From assembly GCA_030141605.1 (NCBI GenBank), contig JAQGDQ010001065.1:1-64000 (forward strand): a stretch of DNA of 64,000 nucleotides. Reading direction: 5' to 3'. This document shows positions 58,329 through 64,000 of the stretch, in pieces; positions within the stretch are counted from its first letter, which is position 1; every line of letters begins with the position of its first letter. Source of the DNA: Tubiluchus corallicola (taxonomy: Eukaryota; Animalia; Priapulida). The translations under genes and the position numbers were made by a program. The notes under the pieces are model-generated. The model made no database searches, was not told the origin of the DNA, and saw nothing but the letters and a program-made list of their open reading frames with translations.

Positions 58329-59969
58329 TATTTGGCACATTTGTTGAAGCAAATTTTTAAAAGACAAACTACGTCATTACAGCTCTCACACACAGTTGCT
58401 GTCGATAACACGTCTTAAAACAGCAAATCAATTGCGCCTCTGTTTAATAAACACTAAAATCTGCCTGCCTACTTAGCAGCTAATTGTATATTTTACTTAC
58501 TAGTCTTTCGAATCTTAATTCATCCCAAACGGCCGTAATTGAAAAGCAGAGCCACAGATAAAATATACGCACGACGAAGCTTAAACATCTGCGTACAGGG
58601 TGGCACCAAAAAAGCGACACGCAAAAATGAAAAACAAAAATGCGTGTTGGAAAGGAGATAATAATCATACTTCTTGAATGCATCGAAAGTTGATGAATTT
58701 TAAACGAAATTTTTTTTAATTATCCGGGATGGGGGTGTGGCGTGAACACCTAACATGTACCTGGCGACGCCCCCAATGTGAAAAAGAAAAAGAAGATGCT
58801 AAATAATCATACTTCTTGAATGCATCGAAAGTTGATGAATTTTAAACGAAATTTTTTTAATTATCCGGGATGGGGGTGTGGCGTGAACACCTAACATGTA
58901 CCTGGCGACGCCCCCCAATGTGAAAAAGAAAAAGAAGATGCTAAATAATCAACCTCTTGAATGCATCGAAAGTTGATGAATTTTAAACGAAATTTTTTTA
59001 ATTATCTGGGATGGGGGTGTGGCGTGAACACCCAACATGAACCTGGCGACGCCCCACACTCCACGGGCAGTTAAAGCGAGGAGGAAAACACTTCAACACA
59101 GAAGCTGGTTTTTAGTTAGCCAATTAGGGATCATTTACAGGCGGTCGTGCAAAACGGGAAGCTTGAAGGGATAAAGCATCTCGTATGTGAGAGATTACCA
59201 TGGCAATATTTGTAACGGTTAGCACAAAGTGGCTGCAGAATGACTAGCAGTTAAGACAACACTTACGAACTTATGACATGTTTTCAATGCATTGGTTGCT
59301 CAAGCGGGCTGAGTTAGGAGTGGAACGATGTAATCACCTGTTTGTTCAAAATAAACATTTTTGCCTAGTTACTTATATTTTCCAGAACTATATTGACTAA
59401 TTGTAATCACCTATTTGTTCAAAATCAACATTTTTGCCTAGTTACTTACCTTTTCTACATTACCTGTTTGTGGTGTAACGTCACAGCATATAAGTTTATG
59501 CAAAACAAATAAAGTTACTCAACAGACGCGGCAGACGGCTTTGTTTTACATACTTGTCACGTGACGGTTGTACTTAAGATGCGTAACAGTTTTAACAGCT
59601 AGCTAGAACGTTACCCAGTTCATTTTTTCTTGTTCCCAAACTAGAATCTGCTAGTAAGTCACTCTACGCAAAGACTAATGCATAATTAAGTAAAGTCCGC
59701 GTAAGACAAATAAAGTTACTCAACAGACGCTGCAGACGGCTTTGTTTTACATACTTGTCACGTGACGGTTGTACTTAAGACGCGTTGTTGTGGTACACCT
59801 AACCTATGACTTGCAAGAACTGCGCGTGCGCACAACGAAACCGTAAAAAGGCTTATTGTTAAAGATGACAAAATGAAAAACGTGTCTTACCAAAAGGTCC
59901 TAGGTTCAAATCCAAGTTTCAGTGCACATTTTTCAATATTTTAAAGGCCAGTGAGCATGATTTCTGTAC

Positions 59970-60236
59970 CCTTAAGTTTTATTGATTTTTTGTTAACTAA
60001 AAATAAGGTCTAGACTAATGTAGTCACCGAGAAAATGTGATACAGGTTCATCTCACTCTATTTAACTTTAGATTTGAACACAAGATGGCTCTAGGTGTCG
60101 ACTAAAGTGTTATTGACTTCTTGTTAACTAAAAATACAGGCCTAGACTAATGTAGTCACATAGAAAATGTGATACAGGTTCATCTCACGCTATTTAACTT
60201 TGGATTTGAACACAAGATGGCACTAGATGTCGACAA
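59970..60236 (+). repeat. ~131-bp direct repeat x2 in the homeobox intron
   Basis: CTAGACTAATGTAGTCAC...GAACACAAGATGGC occurs twice. Confidence 0.9.
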
Positions 60237-60255
60237 AAGTGAGAAAAGAGCTTAC

Positions 60256-60448
60256 CTTCGGTTTTGAAACCACGTCATCACCTGAGTTTCCTTGAGTCCA
60301 ATCTCTTCAGCAATGGCTATCCTCTCATCAACGGTAATGTACTTTTTCTCCTTGAATCTCTTTTCCATGGCCTGAATTTGTCGCTCGGTAAAACCGGATT
60401 TAGAGCGGGAAGTGCGCCGTTTCACAACTTCCGGTGGCGTACTACTTT
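60256..60448 (-). CDS. Divergent ANTP-class (NKL-like; Lbx/Vent-resembling) homeobox exon
   Basis: TSRSKSGFTERQIQAMEKRFKEKKYITVDERIAIAEEIGLKETQVMTWFQNRR. Acceptor TTTGTTGACAG| at 60449; phase-2 donor AACCGAAG|GTAAG at 60256/60255. Upstream exon not identified. Confidence 0.9.
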
Positions 60449-61454
60449 CTGTCAACAAACCAAAAAAATTAGTTAATGGGGCAAAAGTGAATGCGGCATT
60501 AGCAGTTTCATTTCCCGTGTGTCAATTTTAGAAGTGGGTATAAATTGAAAGATGAACGAACAGACTTGGATTTGAAAAAACAAAGGTAGAAGTGCCAAGT
60601 TCAACGATTTGAGTTCGAATCCAGTTGCTGACACAAACTTTTCAAATTTCTTTTTTTATTCGTTTAACTTCTCAAGCACATTGTGTGCTCAGTTCAACTC
60701 TTTACTGTACAATGTTGAGTAACAGAACATAAAAAACAAAAAAAAATAAACAGAACAGAACAAAAAACGAACAAAAAATCTCTGCTAGCAAACTTGTAGG
60801 AGACAGCAAACTCTCTGGCAGCAAACTCGCAGGTGTGAATTGGTTTACGAGTTACTGTCGGCAAGTTATTGCAAAATTCTCTGACAGTTAAAGCACAAGA
60901 AAACCCTTCATAAACATAAAGCTTAAAAATATCGTTTTGAAATTTTATATCGCTTACATACAGCCTTTTTGCATGCGGGACTTCAATCGGCAGTAACGCT
61001 GTATAAAACTTGTAAATTTAAACTCCCGCGATGACCGTTAGACGCAGCCATTTTCACGACAGGTCATTTGAAACAAGTTTAGATAACATTTTGTAAAGTT
61101 TGAAAAAATAATCAGAGCATTGGTAGCGCACCAGTCACTAACTTTAAAATTACAGTATCTTGTAAATAAAATCAAAAATATGTTTTTGGTTAGTGACTGG
61201 TGCACCCTGGAGGGAGAGTCAGCGACATTTTACCAATTGGTGAAAACATTTTAAATAATTAATAATTTTCTTTTCTAGTTACATAAGTCTCTCTAACAGG
61301 TAAGCGAAAATCCAGGTAATTTGAATAAACTAAAATTCCTTTCTGTGCGAGTGCGATATACGCGTAAAATTGCTGTAAAGTAATATAATTTTTAAGGCGA
61401 TTTTCCCGAAACCTACTTCAGGTACCCCTTTTCTTGTCCTTTAAGTCGATCGTA

Positions 61455-61825
61455 CGATCTACTGTCTAGTGTGAACGCCTCGGAGAGTTACTCTCGACAC
61501 TTCTCGCTTACGGTCGGAGAGTAACTCGCAAGTGTGAACCGCTTTACGAGTTACTGCCTAGTGTGAACGCCTCGGAGAGTTACTCTCGACACTTCTCGCT
61601 TACGGTCGGAAAGTTACTCGCAACAAATTCCGCTGTCTAGTCTGAACAAGATTGCGAATTACTGTGCGAGAAAACTCGTTAGTTTGAACGCGCCGTTAAC
61701 TTTTCATCTTCAACTCCATTAACTGAAAAGTTATGCGAATTACTTTGCGAACAAACTCGTTAGTTTGAACCGTTAGTTGCGCCGTTAACTTTTCATCTTC
61801 AATTCCGTTAACTGAAAAGTTACGA
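61455..61825 (+). repeat. Short diverged repeats built on AGT(G/T)TGAAC, probably DNA-transposon subterminal repeats
   Basis: CTAGTGTGAACGCCTCGGAGAGTTACTCTCGACAC occurs twice, with related units. Confidence 0.55.
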
Positions 61826-62189
61826 AACTACATCACGTGACAAGCCCAGCGCAAACACAGGCCCTTAGTCAGCTGGCGTTGGACCTCTTTGTACAATTAG
61901 ACAGATGCGTACCAAGCCAGGAGATTATCCAGGGGATTAAAGTATTATCACACGTAATTGCCATGTTAATGATAGGCCTAGGTGTTTTTCGTTAATGCTC
62001 ATTTGCAGTTTGCAAATTAATTAACGGATAATTGGGGGTTTAACTGAATTATGAGCAAAGATGAAAGCATGACGTCACACAAAAATGAGCATGATGTCAT
62101 ATTATCAACACAACGTGATACGAATATAAAGCTAAAATTAAACTTCAATGCTACAGGCTTTGCGTTAGATAAACAGACAAACAGTAGGC

Positions 62190-62321
62190 AGGATGTTACG
62201 GGCTTTGTGTTATAAACGAGGACTAGGTAGGATGTTCGCGTATTATTGATTATACGTGTGTTTAAACGCAAAATTTTTTGCGGGGCCTTTGCTAGTCTCT
62301 TATATTAATATTCTTGGTATG

Positions 62322-62359
<38 letters not shown>

Positions 62360-62534
62360 ATTCGAGGCTACAGCTTCGACGACGGCACCATTTGCGGCGA
62401 TCTATACATCAAACGAAAGGTCTCGATCTAGTGTCGTGCCATTGGGGGTTTATTTTTCGAATCGGGCCACTTTATCAATAATACGCGAACATCCTACCTA
62501 GTCCTCATTTATAACACAAAGCCCGTAACATCCT
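62190..62534. mobile_element. 61-bp inverted repeat enclosing a Helitron-like 3' terminus
   Basis: 62190-62250 versus 62474-62534 inverted (1 mismatch). Hairpin CGCAAAA-TT-TTTTGCG (62267-62282) followed 9 nt later by CTAG|T (62292-62296). Confidence 0.6.
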
Positions 62535-64000
62535 TTTAATATACTTTTAATTTACGTAGTTGAAAATCATGACAACCAATCATCAAAATTAAACTTTAAT
62601 TTAAATTTCAATATAAATAAAGATATATGTTGTAAAATAGATGTAATTTGGTAATAATATTACGAAAGGTAACCTCATCAGTAGATAAAACACCTCAAGT
62701 GCATTAATACTTTTTATTTACGTAGTTAAAAATCATGACAAACGTCTCGACGGAGTTACTGCGGTCATCACCAGTGGTAAATTTTTACAAACATACGAGT
62801 TTATATAGGCAGAGCCTACAGTAAGGAATGTTATGTATTAATTATGTATTAAACCAGAAGCCAAATAGGTAATGAACAAGCAAACTATATAAATTTCTTT
62901 TCTACTAGTTCATTAAACTCCCGCAATGACCGTTGGGCGCAGCCTACTTGATGGTTGGTTTGAAACAAGTTTAGATAACATTGCGTGAAGTTTGAAAACA
63001 TAATATTCATAGCATGCATTTTGCTAACTTAGCAACATTTTAAATTACTATATCTTGTCAATAAGATTAAAAAAATTCGTTTAAAATTCATCAACTTTCG
63101 ATGCATTCAAGAGGTTGATTATTTAGCATCTTCTTTTTCTTTTTCACATTGGGGGGCGTCGCCAGGTACATGTTAGGTGTTCACGCCACACCTCCATCCC
63201 GGATAATTAAAAAAATTTCGTTTAAAATTCATCAACTTTCGATGCATTCAAGAGGTTGATTATTTAGCATCTTCTTTTTCTTTTTCACATTGGGGGGGCG
63301 TCGCCAGGTACATGTTAGGTGTTCACGTCACACCCCCATCCCGGATAATTAAAAAAAAATCGTTTAAAATTCATCAACTTTCGATGCATTCAAGAGGTTG
63401 ATTATTTAGCATCTTCTTTTTCTTTTTCACGTTGGGGGGCGTCGCCAGGTACATGTTAGGTGTTCACGCCACACCCCCATCCCGGATAATTAAAAAAATT
63501 TCGTTTAAAATTCATCAACTTTCGATGCATTCAAGAAGTATGATTATTTAGCATCTTCTTTTTCTTTTTCACATTGGGGGGCGTCGCCAGGTACATGTTA
63601 GGTGTTCACGTCACACCCCCATCCCGGATAATAAAAAAAATTTCGTTTAAAATTCATCAACTTTCGATGCATTCAAGAAGTATGATTATTTAGCATCTTC
63701 TTTCTCTTTTTCACATTGGGGGCGTCGCCAGGTACATGTTAGGTGTTCACGCCACACCCCCATCCCGGATAATTAAAAAAAATTTCGTTTAAAATTCATC
63801 AACTTTCGATGCATTCAAGAAGTATGATTATTATCTCCTTTCCAACACGCATTTTTGTTTTTCATTTTTGCGTGTCGCTTTTTTGGTGCCACCCTGTACG
63901 CAGATGTTTAAGCTTCGTCGTGCGTATATTTTATCTGTGGCTCTGCTTTTCAATTACGGCCGTTTGGGATGAATTAAGATTCGAAAGACTAGTAAGTAAA

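Larger units (their letters stand above)
58491..64000. repeat. Inverted duplication, arms 58491-~59010 and ~63068-64000, each containing a ~142-bp tandem array (~3 versus ~5.5 copies)
   Basis: 63830-64000 is the reverse complement of 58491-58660. The arms include a TA-CAGGGTG Tc1/mariner-like end at 58594 and 63898. Confidence 0.92.

Noticed and set aside
57180-58411. 380-aa and 408-aa ORFs (and those at 19360-20409)
   Set aside because: They arise from a stop-free 42-bp unit inside a TIR element and are open on both strands.
59890-60635. tRNA genes suggested by B-box-like GGTTCAAATCC / GAGTTCGAATCC (also 40883-40900)
   Set aside because: No cloverleaf or clear A box; at most decayed SINE heads.
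60955-61060. Candidate first exon of the divergent homeobox gene (GTAAG donor at 60957)
   Set aside because: ATG-initiated frames hit stops or give the wrong phase for the phase-1 acceptor at 60448.
62645-62690. CTGATGAGGT...ACCAAAT hammerhead-like string on the minus strand
   Set aside because: The GAAA box lacks its G and stem I is not convincing.

Overview
AT-rich, intron- and repeat-rich genomic DNA of an invertebrate animal, probably bilaterian (inferred from CTCF-type motifs and the 5S rRNA sequence type). It looks like a piece of an NK homeobox cluster. Genes: (1) a two-exon NK1/slouch gene on the minus strand (12045->11574, 7121->6571) with the eh1/TN motif and a canonical NK1 homeodomain; (2) two tandem four-exon secreted C-type lectin paralogues of 209 aa (signal peptide, RSRR furin-like site, WIGG/EPN/WND); (3) a divergent NKL-type homeobox gene. 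For gene 3, the homeobox exon is at 60448->60256 and its terminal exon lies in a fold-back inversion beside the assembly gap (53823-54399). Non-coding content: a ~760-bp tandem array with three 5'-truncated 5S rRNA-derived copies; a tRNA-derived SINE; L2/CR1-type and RTE-type LINE tails; a hAT-like MITE; a fold-back element with internal 42-bp repeats (3 copies); a Helitron-like 3' end; Penelope-type hammerhead-like motifs; many minisatellites and microsatellites; and TAAT-rich unique islands that resemble developmental enhancers. Three sizeable inverted duplications (1-5777, 53979-54399, 58491-64000) may be real or may be assembly/amplification artefacts. Most ORFs in the supplied track are repeat artefacts.
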